Shown piece after piece: positions 1-13,413 of a DNA stretch of 64,000 nt. A program made the translations under genes and the position numbers. Position 1 is the first letter of the stretch; each line of letters opens with the position of its first letter. The notes beneath the pieces were generated by a model. It was not told where the DNA came from, made no database searches, and saw nothing but the letters and a program-made list of their open reading frames with translations. Source of the DNA: Lytechinus pictus (taxonomy: Eukaryota); contig NC_087261.1 in the NCBI RefSeq assembly GCF_037042905.1, positions 8,246,001 through 8,310,000 of the forward strand, in the 5' to 3' direction.

Positions 1-194
1 AGGAATTGGTCTTATTTTAGTAAATCTCTTCATTCATAGCCATGCATGTTTGGGAGATACAATTCGACAGAATAAACATCTGTTTCTGGGGACTACTCGA
101 TCAATCCAGCCTCTGACCATGCCAAGTTGCCAACGTAGCCAGCACATAACGATCGACCGACGGTATCCAGAGACTGCATGGTTGTGTTTGGTCC

Positions 195-806
195 TTAAAG
201 GTCAAGTCCATCCCAGAAAAATGTAGATTTGAATAAATAGAGAAAAATAAAACTAGCATAATGCTGAAAATGTCATCAACATCGGATGTAAACTAAGAAA
301 GTTATGACATTTTAAAGTTTCGTTTATTTTTCACAAAACAGTGATATGCACAACTCAGTGACATGCAAATGAGACAGTCGATGATGTCCCTCACTCACTA
401 TTTCTTTTGTTTTTTATTGTTTGAATTATATAATGTTTCATTTTTTTACAGATTTGACAATAAGGACCAACTTGACTGAACCATATAATATTAAACAATG
501 CTATTTCCATACGTTCAGGGAGGAATTAATCTTTGTTTCACTTCACAAAGGGGAGAAAATTTGAATATTTCATATCTCACATAATAAAATACAAAAGAAA
601 TAGTGAGTGCATGACGTCATCAGTCTCCTCATTTGCATACCGACCAGGATGTGCATATAACTATTTTATGAAATTAAGCAAAACTTTAAAATGTCATAAC
701 TTTCTTATTTTACATCCGATTTTGCTGAAATTTTCAGTGTTATGTTTGTTGGATTTTTCTCTTTTTATTCAAATCAACTTTTTGTTGGGGTGGACTTGTC
801 CTTTAA
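195..806 (+). mobile_element. Kolobok/T2-type MITE family A
   Basis: TTAA|AGGTCAAGTCCA...TGGACTTGTCCT|TTAA; long imperfect inverted arms; further copies at 24096, 34839, 60066. Confidence 0.88.
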
Positions 807-1369
807 TCAATATGATCGAACACTTTGTTTCCGATAAAACGTGGTTCGGGTACGATCGACGGCGCGGATTCAATGGCAAGAGACACCCCCCCCCCCCCCC
901 CCCCGAGCTCCCTCGACCGAAAATTGGCATTGCACCAAACATGCCAAAAAAAAGTTGTTTTCTTCTTGGTGCATGACATTATTTTTATTTCTTGCTCTTT
1001 TTCTTTCCTACCATTGATGTTTTTTACCGAGTAGGTGGGAAACTCAATTTCATCTTTTTTCGATATGATACGTACCCCCCCCACCCCCCTTGCATGGGCG
1101 ATTACAGATAGAACAAAGGGGGGGGGGGGAAGAATGGGAAAGTAAGTTGTACGTGAGCCTTTAAAGCTATATACCCATCATTCATATGATACTTAACTTT
1201 GGCAATTGCAAATCAATAAACATCTGCATCTGATTCTGCACTTTAAAGTCTACCCCTGCATGTCAAAAGTACGCTATAGGCTATATGCAGCTTCTGGTAC
1301 AAAATGTGCCATGAAATTATAGAAAATTGTAATGATGTTGTTGGCCTGAGCTGAACCTTCTCTTTATAG

Positions 1370-1532
1370 CCCGGGGGGGGGGGGCACTTTCATTGACGAG
1401 TGGATACCATCACTGAACTAGAATACGTAATCTTTTTCAAGATACGTACTTAGTAGTACGTACGTAACGTAATAAGGGCAGTGGCGTAACTACGGGGGGG
1501 CATGGGGGGCACGTGCCCCCCCAATCGGCTGA

Positions 1533-1570
<38 letters not shown>

Positions 1571-3086
1571 GGGGAAAAAGAGAAAAAGAGGGAGAAAGAA
1601 AGAGAAACAAAGTGGGAAAGAGGAACTTCTTATTCATTATAGTTTTATATCCTAATTATGATATGTTACATTACACAATAAACATTTTCATAACTTTATG
1701 AAACATAATTTTCTCAGGGCCTATATCTTCACTGTTCTTGGTGCTTGCATTGTCTGTTTAATGAGACATATAATTCTGTTGTTTTTACTAAAACTTCCCG
1801 TTTTCAAGTCAATATACACCAAATATATTTCCTCGCACTTCGAGTTATTATTGTTTTATGTAGTGATATATGCTTCTTTTTCATGACTACTTAAAATGAT
1901 TGCCCCGTGTTAAGGTCTTAATATAAATCATTTCCTGTCCGTGATTACGTTCGCATTAGTGGATTGGTGAGATATGTCTGCTCTCCATGAATTCGGATCG
2001 GTCCTTAAAATGTCCCTTTTTTCTGATGTGAATATCAACAATTTTCTGCTCGCGCATCGCGCTCGCATCACTTGATTAGTGAAATAAGTATGGTCTTCGT
2101 GAATTCCTACAAACAAGCCCTAAAATGCCCCTTTTAAGGTCTGAATTATCTAAATTTTCAGCTCGCGCTTTGCGCTCGCAATGTTTGATTAGTGAGATGC
2201 CTATGATATTCATGATTACAATGAATACAAGTGCTTAATGTGTTTAGATATAATTCTAACAAAATCAGCAAGCGCGTGGCACTCGCATTAGATGACTATG
2301 ATTAGATATGTATACTCTTAATGGATTCCTAAAATATAGTCCTTTAAATCTTCTTGTTTGGGGTCAATATATTAAAAAAAATTCAGCTCGCGCTTCGCGC
2401 TCGCATTGTTTAGCGAGACAGGTACGTATCATGATTACAACAATTTGATTATAATGTCCCTTTTTAGATCTCAATATCAAAATTTTCAGCTCGCGCTTCG
2501 CGTTCGCATTATTTGATTAGTGAGATATATATCCGTTTAATGGCATTGTCTTTAAAATGTCTCTATTAGGTTAGTATACCTGGCAACTGAGCGCGCTTCG
2601 CGCGCTCACGAAGTGACTCAAAATTGTTGCTGGTGCCCCCCCAATGCCGTAACCCACGGTACGCCACTGAATAAGGGTGTCACTAAAATAATGAAAAGGG
2701 TAAATATTTCGATAGGAACTTGTTTACGGTTCAATTTGTGAGGGTATAAAAATACTAAAATATCTTTTGGGCCCAACACTACGTGTTTAGGGTCCGATTT
2801 GGGCGAGGTGAGTGGGGGTGGTACAAAACCCAGTGAAAGCAAAGGTAAAGCTGACGTCCGTGGATCATGTACGTGACATAACAATAATCGTTGTGCTTGT
2901 TTAGGGGGTCAATATGACATGGGTATCGTTTTGTGTTCAATACTTGTTTAAGGGTAGGGTTTTACACGCAAATACCTGTTAAGGGGTTCATTTTCAGAAC
3001 ATTGAAAATATTTGTTTAGGGTGCTTTTCGATCGAAACCCCATGGTCACGCATGGTATCCACTCGTCAATGGACGTGGCCCCCGGG
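1370..3086. mobile_element. TIR element (CCCGGGG termini) interrupted by the hAT insertion
   Basis: CCCGGG(G)nCACTTTCATTGACGAGTGGATACCAT at 1370-1410 pairs with ATGGTATCCACTCGTCAATGGACGTGGCCCCCGGG at 3052-3086. Confidence 0.8.
1479..2669 (+). mobile_element. Non-autonomous hAT element carrying internal ~113-bp tandem repeats
   Basis: TIR CAGTGGCGTA...TACGCCACTG; perfect 8-bp TSD AATAAGGG at 1471-1478 and 2670-2677; GCTCGCGCTTCGCGCTCGCA motif recurs internally. Confidence 0.92.
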
Positions 3087-3998
3087 CTTTTTAGCAAGTA
3101 AAGTATAGTGCAAACAAAACAATCATTTGATATCCCCGCAAAGAAAATGTGACAGATGCACAATAGTCCGGCAGCCCTGAAGATTTATTCAACCGAAAGC
3201 CGGACAAGCAAATGACCCCATTTAGCTGGACCCTGAAGTTTACAAAAATGCATTGCTTTTATCCGTGATCTTTCCGTCGAAATGACGTAATATATGACGT
3301 CACTACAAAATGGTCCTATTCCACAACTTTTTAGACATTCTACACATACCATGAAGTCAAAAGAGAATATTTCAATTAAACTATGTTTTCTTAATGAAAC
3401 TTTCAGAATATGTTGTTCATATAGTATTAAATAGGCATGCAATATTTCAGCAATAGAAATAATCGTTTCCATGCATATCATTAGTTTTCGAGATATCTTG
3501 CTAAAAAAAATTGTCGAAAATCGATCACAAATTTTATTTTCATTGTTTTTTTTTTCTCTCTTGTCATTTAATACATCTTGCTAATATTTCAGTTTGTAAT
3601 TGTTGAAACGCATCAGTATTAATTTCCAGTATCTTTGAAGTATGATGTATGATTTGTTTAATTATATTGGATATGGATTTATTGTACAATTTATAATCAT
3701 GTTTCAAATAATTTGTACAACTTGTTTATGGAATGTCAATGTGTATTTTGATTTGAGAGAATACAATAAAAACATCCTTAAAATATAAATTATTTTTACT
3801 GTACTTTTTATGCTATATTTCCTGTCAAGCATGTTATCATTCTCTTTGTATCTCTACTTTTAGAAAATATACGTCAGTAATTTTAAATCACAGTATAGAC
3901 TGTGGTTTCAGTCCCCCTTTTCAACGCGGTGCGTACACTAGAAATCGGGCATTTTTTGCCTGTTTTCCTCCTATATAGGGCACTGGGAATAATTCTTC

Positions 3999-4170
3999 GA
4001 CTGGGCGTTGTGGCGTGCGCCTGTAATCCAAGCAATGTGGGGAAGTTACAAATTGATGCAGAGGTTCGAGCCCTGGTCACGTCTTTCGGATGGTGACGTT
4101 AAAGGTCGGTCCCAGACGTAAATAATCATATCTGATTGATACACGTCTAACAAAAACTCAAATACACACA
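3999..4170 (+). mobile_element. SINE-like element with a 7SL/Alu-domain-derived head, B box, Deu-like body and (CA)n tail
   Basis: CTGGGCGTTGTGGCGTGCGCCTGTAATCCAAGC is 29/33 identical to the Alu/7SL head as recalled; GGTTCGAGCCC B box at 4063; diverged second copy at 53641-53795. Confidence 0.7.
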
Positions 4171-5349
4171 TCTTTATAGGGGGCACTGGTTTGAAAGAAA
4201 AAAAGCAACAAAAAAATCTATCCAAAATGAAGAAAAAAAAGGTATCTTACTAAAATTTCTACTTTCTAGAATACCAACCAGATTTCCAGGGGGTGCTGCC
4301 TATGGTATATAATAAACTCAGCATCCCAAAACAAAACTTGGGGGTACGCGCTTCAGCACCCCCTAGCACACCCCGCACTTCCCAGGGCCGTGCGACTAAT
4401 ATAACTTTGCCACTATGGCAACGACAATGGCAACAGGGCTCAGCAGCAGCCAATCATAATCAAGGTTTGCATGAAAGCTACAAGAATGGAAATTGACCTC
4501 TAGAGCTGTGCATGGTACAAGTTGGCCTACGTACACAAAATACCTGGAAAAATAAAACTGTTTGAATAACATTAACGACTTTAAGTATTTTGCAAACAAT
4601 ATAATTATTTTATAATTTGTATGAAAGTAATCACCGACAATTTTACCTCCCCATATTTTTCGCGCTATTTTGCATTTAATCATATTTTATCAAAATATCA
4701 CGAGGCAAAACTTGCTTGTAAGTGTCCGGATATCCGACTCACATCCGACCATGCAACTCGACGATGTGATAATGTAAGCTAATGGTTTTGAACTTATCGT
4801 GTTTCCCAATCACAGGAACCAATAAAAGTGTATTTATGACACAGGGAATTGAACAAATTGCCATTTCTTGAAATTAGTACGCCAGACTGAATGTGATTTG
4901 AACAGATAGCGTAAAATCGAACAATAAAACATTTAAAATTTCATCTAAGTTTGTCGTGGAATAACACAGTTATGACAGTCTATTTTTTCTTAAGTTTGTA
5001 TGCAATGAGTGAGCTAATGATGTCATCTCCCCCTATCATTTTGCATTTGATTACATGAAATTATAAATTCATTCAAATTTTGTCATCCATAATCTCAATG
5101 CGTATACTATATTGCTGAAACTTATTTTGTCACAACAGGGACACGTTTTTAAACACAAGTATGAAAACATTAAATAATTTTGGTTTTAGGCCTATGGAAT
5201 ACAAAAAGAAAAAAGGGGGGACATGCCAAAAAATATATATGCCCTAACTGTAGGCCACAAATTAGCCTATTGCCGAACTTAAAAATTCATTTTCCAACCA
5301 TGTCCCAACTTCCCTTCTCCATTCTCTCCCTCTCTCTCACTCTCTGTAA

Positions 5350-5677
5350 NNNNNNNNNNNNNNNNNNNNNNNNNNNNNNNNNNNNNNNNNNNNNNNNNNN
5401 NNNNNNNNNNNNNNNNNNNNNNNNNNNNNNNNNNNNNNNNNNNNNNNNNNNNNNNNNNNNNNNNNNNNNNNNNNNNNNNNNNNNNNNNNNNNNNNNNNNN
5501 NNNNNNNNNNNNNNNNNNNNNNNNNNNNNNNNNNNNNNNNNNNNNNNNNNNNNNNNNNNNNNNNNNNNNNNNNNNNNNNNNNNNNNNNNNNNNNNNNNNN
5601 NNNNNNNNNNNNNNNNNNNNNNNNNNNNNNNNNNNNNNNNNNNNNNNNNNNNNNNNNNNNNNNNNNNNNNNNNNNNN
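5350..5677. other. Assembly gap (328 N)
   Basis: Run of n. Confidence 1.
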
Positions 5678-7118
5678 AAATGGGGGAAAGAGAGAAGGGA
5701 CTAATTTGTTTCCTCAGATTCATATCTTTACTTTTTATTAAAATAACACTTGATACATTGTACTCAAGAATTGAATAGAACACATTGTAAATAGCCATGC
5801 TGTACCCTTACAATAAATAACGTTTACCGACACCAAGATAACATTTGAAATTAGCTGAAGTGCCGATATCTGTACCGAAACAATCATACACAAACAATGT
5901 ATATAGTTAATGGTTTCTAGTTAATCATTGTTGATCAAATAAATATTTCATATCAATCAATTCGACAATAAGTGACTAAGTATAATGTATTGATAATGGC
6001 TATCCTCATGAAAGTTATCAACAATTTCAAGGTACATAGACAATCTATAAATCAAATAATTATATGAGATATCGTTATGAGCTGTGTCAACATAATGCTC
6101 AGTTACACCAACGAAACCGACTCCAAACCGACCGATGGTATGTCATTGGAAATAGCAGAACAGATTTGGTCGGTCTGGGTTCGATTTCGTTGGTGTGACC
6201 GTATGGGTGAGTCACCTGTCATGCTAGTCTGCATGCACAGACCTTTGATTTTCGGAATTCACATAGTGCATAACACAGTCTGAAATAGTGAGACTAGATT
6301 CACTATGCTCCATGGCTGGCTCATATTTGACACAGAGAGTTTGCAGCCTAGTCTTTACTCTAGACATGCATGGTTTTGTTTAAAGTGTCAAATTTCAGTC
6401 TATTCTTGCAGACTACTGCCATGCCAGTGATGCACAACCTTACTCTACTTTTCTAATCAGAATTAAAAGGGATTCTTCAATGAAGTTACTCTGGAAACAG
6501 AAGAAGTTTTAAGCAAAACTGCTAAAAACACACCATGATCAAATGAAAACCAACAAAGTTCTGCAAAGTTTATATATATTTTTTTCATAATGAACTGGCC
6601 TGAGCCAGTGAGGAAGACGTTATTTTTTTTCTTAATGTATCATAGGCTACAAATGAAATTGTCTGCTCAAGATTGCGAGACGTGCTGAAATCAATTTGAA
6701 TCTCCAAGTTCAAGGAATACCATTGTTGTCATTTTCAAAATAATTTGTGCACTGTTTCATCCAGTATTTTGAGAAACAGACAATTCAAAATGCCAAAACT
6801 TCGCATTTTTCATACATTTTACTTTTTGGCAATTGCCTCTGATTAACTTGATTGATTTCACACTACTCAAGCAAATCAACAAGCACGTACCCTGATTGAG
6901 ACTTTAACCCGAACTAATTAATTTCAACCTCTAGCACAAGCTTTTGTCAAATTCAAGGAGGCAACAGAAGTATTCATTAAATGTCTTCAATAGGACCGAC
7001 CTATCATCATACTCTTGAAATCACTATACAAACATTTACAGTTTAACTTCCTCCTTTTGCATGATGAGTATAAAGTTCACAGCTTTCATTCTTTTAAAAT
7101 GGGGTGCATGACTGCATG

Positions 7119-7533
7119 TTAAAGATAAATACCAGTAAGTTGTGAGAACAGTTTCAAAATGAGTTCATACAGAATCCGATCAAATGACCATCCAAGTGTC
7201 TGTATATAAATAATAACAAATATGTGCCAAACGATGTTAATGATAAACTAATATTTCTATAGTATCTTTTCTTGGAAAGGTACAAAACCTGAAAGATTCT
7301 GGAAGAAATTGTGTAATTGCTAGGAAATTAGCAAAACAAGCATGAAATTCGAGCTCAGTGTCTGGACTTTTCCCAGCAATATTAATACACTGTCCCACAT
7401 GTGCTTATCTGTGTTTGTGATCTTCATTGTGATTTTCAGCTTCAATTTTATGATTTCCCCAAAATTCAGTTTATGTAACTGTACCGGACAGACTTGCTCA
7501 TTATATCGGTCTTTACAGCAAGTACTTCTTTAA
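7119..7533 (+). mobile_element. TTAA MITE family D (AGATAAAT termini)
   Basis: TTAA|AGATAAAT start; homologous to 15197-15576, 32985-33380 (inverted) and 44578-44775; shares its right TTAA with the family B copy. Confidence 0.78.
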
Positions 7534-8047
7534 AGGGGAAGTTCACCCTGACAAAAATTTTACTGTAAAAAATGGCAGAACAAAATAATAACATTCATAT
7601 GGTGAATGTTTGAGGAAAATCCATCAATTAATAAAAAAGTTTAATTCAAATTTAAATTATTTGATTTGTGGCGTCATACTCCGTGCAAGCAGCTTTCCTA
7701 CATATCATATGGTAAAATAAATCAATGAAATATCATTTTCTCAGAAAGTTAAAAATGGTTTTTATTGTACCATTACAGTATATCAATACACAAATGATTT
7801 CACACCAGCTCCTAAAAGAAAATAATTCCTCATGAACCATTTAAGAAATTAGATTTATGCATTTTATATTACGTACTAGTAACATATTGGGCAGCTGCTT
7901 GTTTATGATATCACAAATCAAAAACTTGTAATTCTAATAACTTTCATACTCTTTAATGGATTTTTCTCAAACCTTCACTAACATTTTCTATTATTTTTTC
8001 TGCTATTTTTACAACAAAGCTTTTGTCAGGGTGAACTTCCCCTTTAA
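7530..8047. mobile_element. Kolobok/T2-type MITE family B
   Basis: TTAA|AGGGGAAGTTCACCCTGACAAAA...TTTTGTCAGGGTGAACTTCCCCT|TTAA; partial copy at about 54800-55213. Confidence 0.88.
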
Positions 8048-10457
8048 TGCACATACTACTGTATATTAAATGACTTTTATTCTAAGGTGAGCACATAGTT
8101 CAAATAAATTCAAATCATGTTCATAACACATCCATAGCATATGACATAACTACACATGCACATGTAGAATAAGCCCAATAAGATATTAGTAACCTAACAC
8201 TGAAACAAAGTTGACAACATGATGGTCACTGGTATAACGTCAATAAAAAAAAAAGCAACAATAACAATGTTGGAATCCAATTTATATAACACTGTGTTCT
8301 CAGTGAGTTGTTCTTTATGGCATATATTGGTCACTATTGATATTAACAGTATTACTCATGATTTTATTTTATAGAGAAAAAAAGGAATTCCTACATGGAC
8401 AAAAACAATATCAAAATTACAACTCTGGTGTGATACATGTAATTCACCACAAAATATTCCAAATAAATTTGACAAGAAACATTGCATGCTGAGTGCATGA
8501 AAGAATGAATAACAATATACAGTCATGTACAAATATGAGAAACTTGTACTAAATCAATGCAAGACATAAATTCAAATTCACATTTTTGTTCTAAGGAATA
8601 AGGAATAAGGAAGATTTAATTGAAAAGCAAAATACATGATAAACGTATCATTCGTGAGTCATTCGCTCCTTGTCTGGTTTAATTGTAAGCCATGGTCTTA
8701 GCTCTGTGCTAATATTATTGGAAGCCCCCCCCCCCCCCAAAAAAAAAAAAAAAAAAAAAAAGTCAACATTTCGTTAACATTGTTTGTTTTTCCATCTTTA
8801 TTTTCTTCCCTCCCTAAGGAAGATATTTTAGTTATAATTCCCAGACAGTTATGAATATATTAAGCACTGACAAATTGGCCCTTTGCTGTGAGAGATTGGT
8901 GTCACAATTCATAGTTTAACCACAATGTTAGACCAGAGTTTAAATTAAACACGACTTCAGAATACAGGTCCTTGTGTCTTGAATTGATTATCAGGAATAA
9001 AAATGAGGATAAAACTTGTAGCTAAGAACATATACAGGCATCATAAACTGAAGTACAAACGAAATCACGATGAAATGTTTTCAAAACATAAAAATATACA
9101 TATATACATGTACCCAAATTCATTCCATTCGAAATGGATAAGATCTTTAAAAATCTATTAATCTTTTTTTTTTTATAACCTCCTTGAAGGATACACTTTC
9201 ACACACACACACACACATACATATATAACATGCAGAAAATAAAAATTTGAAGTTTAAAACTGGATGGTAACATTTGTCCATGTTTTTTAATATATTTTGT
9301 ATAAAACTATGCACTTTTGAACTGTTACCTAGATTTCCCTGCCTTTAGGCCTTTAGAGACGCTTTTAGCATATATATATACGATTTATCTTGCCTCAGCA
9401 ATATTTTCTTTTAATTCACAATAAAACATACAAGTGCTTTGAGGTATACTATATATTTACATATACACAATCAGCAAGTTTCGTTTCTTCTCAACTGTCA
9501 CAATCTGCTTTTATTCATTTAAAAAAGATCAGAACAATTCCTGATAGTTCCTGATTGAGGATCTCCTTTGTAACCAAAGGCTGCAGAACGTCAGGCTCAT
9601 AAGAAAGTGGAGAGGCACCTATTGTTTGGCAGACAAAAGGTGCTTTCTTTGTCCGAGCCTGATGTTCCGCCACCTCTGTTTGTAACATGTAACATTTTTA
9701 CTATCAACCAGATTATCTACTAAATAATATTGAAATCAGGATTATGCCTTCCTTGTAGTAAATGGTCCGAAACTAACAAAATGAGAGAAGAATGTCATGT
9801 GTTGTTTTTATCTCCTTAATTTATGTTTGTACGATCATTCATTCTTTTTTCATCACCAAGCTTGTTCAAAGAGACCTGTATAAAAAGATCACTTCTTGGA
9901 GACATGGAGCACATTGCAAAATGTGTTGTATTTGTACACAAGTCCCCAATGCATGCTTCTGATTGGTTAATAATCAAGTTGTGCTTGATTCTTGGAGATG
10001 ATTTTAATTATCGCGACTCTGTGAAACAGGCCCCAGATGGACAGATAAATGATAGGTTCATTTGGTAACCAATTCTGATGTCTTTGATATCAATATCTTT
10101 TCATCATAAATATATGATTGAATACATCAAAATTATCAATATGATCTAGAATACCTTGAAGGAATACACACATGAATTTACAAGATACTAATAACCCTGG
10201 GACAGGTTCTGAGCTCCACAACACTTAGGCCTTCAAATATGAGACAAATTACTTTGATTCATCATTGTCTTCCATATGCATCATTTCTCTCTCAAAAAAA
10301 AAAGAAGAAAAAAAAGAGTTTTCGTCCCATTTTGTGCAACATGGCTCACCCCTATGCTAGTCTGTGGTGTAAACCCTTCACTTGAGTTAAAAGTGGTCTT
10401 AATACGCAACATCCAATGACTCGTATACAGAAGGCCCTCTCAATGACAGCAAGTTGT

Positions 10458-10992
10458 ATATGTGATCAGCCACCCCAAACCGACAATAAGTCGCCCAAAA
10501 TGAATATTAGATGTTTCTCGAGTTTAAAAGAGCTCATCCTAAGCTTCAAAATGTTATAACTTGTCTAAATTGATTAACAATAATCCACACAAGTACTTGA
10601 TTAAATGCAGAAGAAACTAAGCAAAAACTTTTGTAAAAATAGGAAAAAACGTTTGAAGTTTGGGGTCACTCAAGCATAAGATGAGCTTACTTTCAATCCT
10701 CCAAGCAGTCCGCAATAAACTTATGTTAAAGAAACTCTTATATCTTGTTTTTAATTTAATTTTACAATTTGAAATTTTAATAGTATCAAGAGAAAGAATA
10801 ACACTTTACGATAAGTTTTAAGTTATTTTCTTCTTTTTTTCCTGCTTTTGGAAGACTAAATTATAATTTTGGCTATTTAAGTTATTTTCTTCTTTTTTTC
10901 CTGCTTTTGGAGGACTAAATTATAATTTTGGCTATGTATAGGAAACCTACTTGGGCGACCTCTTCTTGGCTTTGGGGTGGATGGTCACATAT
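10458..10992. mobile_element. TIR element with ATAT flanks (Sola1-like, inferred)
   Basis: ATAT|GTGATCAGCCACCCCAAA...GTCGCCCAA pairs with TTGGGCGAC...TTTGGGGTGGATGGTCAC|ATAT; internal ~59-bp tandem duplication at 10818-10935. Confidence 0.7.
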
Positions 10993-12492
10993 GTGCTAGT
11001 CTTGCATGATGACCAATCTCTTGATTAAAGTTTCAATCACCTCAAATGTCTTGCTGCCCTAAAACTTCTAAAGCTATTTCTTACAAAATTATCTTGTTCT
11101 TGTACGAGTTTACTGCAAGAGCTGCTGTGCAATAGTTTGACATCTCAATGTCACTCCATGCCATTTCATTTATTAACGTTTCATTTCGTTTACTTCCACT
11201 TCCATCAGTAATGACATGCCGGATACATTGTACAAAGTAAAATGAAGTAACTCAATGAAGTAAATGTAAGTATGATTCATTCAGTGTGCAACAGATTCTA
11301 GAAAAAAATGTAATGAGTTTGACTCACATCTTCTGGCAAAAACTATTTGGCACTCAACATTTCAAAAATTTGAATACTCCACAAATTTTTCTAAAAGATG
11401 CGTCCCGTCTCTGCAAGAAAATTGATGATGCATAACCAAATATTTTTGCTTTTTGGACAAGGCTTTAAATTTTTTGGGGTTGTGTAATTTTTATGATACG
11501 AAAATTCATAAACACACATTACCATATTAAACTCATAATAATGCCACTTACATGTATATTCATTAATATACATAATTGCAACTATACATGAATCATCCCT
11601 GACATATGTACATTATAACCTTATATAGTATTAAGAGTACCAAAATTGAGGTATACTTGAAAATAAACACACATATAACTAGCCCTGCTCCAAAAGGTAC
11701 GACTTTAGTTTTCTTATTTTACAGAGAATAAAGCAGTTGTTTGCCTTATTTTCTTGAGGCAGCTACCACAAATTGATATAAGAACTTGCATAGCTACACA
11801 GCTTTCCTAATATAAAGGTTAGCCCATTTTTTCATCCACAAATTGGCAACTATTATTAATTTTCAAGTTATTCTCATACTTGGAAAGAAAAATCAGCAAG
11901 GACATCAAACATGTTGAAATCAATGATAAAAGGAGACTTCAACGAAAAGTTGCCAATTTGCATTTTGAACAGTGATTTTGTTGTTTTCATCACATTGCCA
12001 ATTTAGTGAGTGTAATGATTAGATAGACCTTTATACAGAAATGGGAAATGTACTGCACCGGAAATGGTTCCATTTTTTTTTTTGGGGGGGGGAGGGGGCT
12101 TAATTTTTCTATTTCAAATCATATTCCATGTGTAATTTCTAGAGTTCAGATGAAGAAATATTGCAAAAGTGTCTCCTGAAAATTATAGCTGCCATCTAAA
12201 TGACTGCTCCACAATGATTCGAGCCAGTGTGGGACATTTGGTGACACAACACTATCAGGACATGTGTACAGAGAATCTGCAGGAGAAGACAATGTACCCC
12301 TAGGGGTTGAAATTCAGGTTCAACCTTGTGTATGGGTCTGGTCCCGAACTGAACAGTTAGCTATCACTCACTGGATTTAGTACCCTTTGAAACCAAGCTT
12401 AAACCAACGATGCCCTGCAGATATCGGTGATAATGATTATAAAATGAATACTCAACCACCACCATGTGACTTCTGTCATGCCCTGTACGGAC

Positions 12493-12633
12493 CTAAGTTC
12501 CCATGATTCCATCATTTAATATCATAAGATCGAGAGAGAGTTCGTAGGGATTGGCAAGGATGAGCTTGGCAACGTCTGTATGATTCATTTCAAGGACATC
12601 GGTGCCGTTCACAGCAGCAAGGTATTCCTTAAC
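12493..12633 (-). CDS. DEPTOR: DEPTOR exon 9 (PDZ C-half, stop)
   Basis: VKEYLAAVNGTDVLEMNHTDVAKLILANPYELSLDLMILNDGIMGT*; pyrimidine tract plus aag acceptor; TAG at 12493-12495. Confidence 0.93.
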   Translation of the reverse strand, partial: VKEYLAAVNGTDVLEMNHTDVAKLILANPYELSLDLMILNDGIMGT

Positions 12634-13004
12634 CTTAAACAAAAGAGAAAGACATAAAACAATGAGACTAATATACACAATATAAAGAAATTAATAAAAT
12701 GATAATGATCATAATAATAATGATTATAAAAATAATATTATTATTTCTTTATTATAATAATAATATAATCAATAACAACAATAATAATACTTGTTTAAAT
12801 AGTTCTTCAGACATCTTTAAAGACTCTTTATAAGAAGTCTCTAAGCATAATTACCCTGGCTTTAGCAGAGCTACTGTTACATGCTCTGCCTGTAACAGCA
12901 GCTTTGGATCGAGTGTAGCACAATGTGGATCAATTTCTTGCTGAAGGAAACTCGGGCATGATCATCTACACGTACTGAAAGTGCAGCTTGGGAAAAGGGG
13001 TTTC

Positions 13005-13413
13005 CCCCGTTTGTACCACAAGACCAAACCCTAGGTAATCTCCTATAAATGTCAATGTACCATCCTCGAACTCCTCAGGGTTTACTGTTTGTACATAGTT
13101 TGGAGCGTCTCCTTGAATCACAAGACCACATCCAACAGAGTCTCCTACAAATGACAATGTAAACATCTTACCTTTAACGCTGCTGCAGCAGCTGGTCCTT
13201 CAGGGTCTACTGTCTTTAGGTAGGTGGGACAATCTCCTTGTATCACAAAAGTAAACCCAACTGAATCTCCTACAAATGACAATGTAATATCTTACCTGTA
13301 ACCCTTCAGCTGCACCTTCAGGATCTACCGTCTGTATGTAGGTGGGACCGTCTCCTCGTATCACAAAAGTAAACCCAACTGAATCTCCTACAAAAGACAA
13401 TGTAATATCTTAC
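13005..13413 (-). repeat. Tandem array of degenerate copies of DEPTOR PDZ exon 8 (two full, two partial)
   Basis: Period about 118-124 bp; copies at 13296-13394 and about 13172-13276 keep the GTAAGA donor; translations FVGDSVGFTFVIRGDGPTYIQTVDPEG... and FVGDSVGFTFVIQGDCPTYLKTVDPEGPAAAAALK. Confidence 0.93.

Noticed and set aside
533-1084. 147-aa and overlapping ORFs
   Set aside because: They overlap a MITE and poly-C runs; no recognisable domain.
3999-4170. Functional 7SL/SRP RNA gene, or human Alu contamination
   Set aside because: Similarity stops after about 45 nt with no S domain or 3' Alu strand. The rest is not Alu, and a diverged second copy is embedded in native sequence.
5180-5798. 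ORFs of 174 and 153 aa
   Set aside because: Artefacts of reading through the N gap.
13172-13394. Dscam-like mutually exclusive PDZ exons
   Set aside because: No in-frame acceptor precedes the copies; the available AGs give an early TGA.
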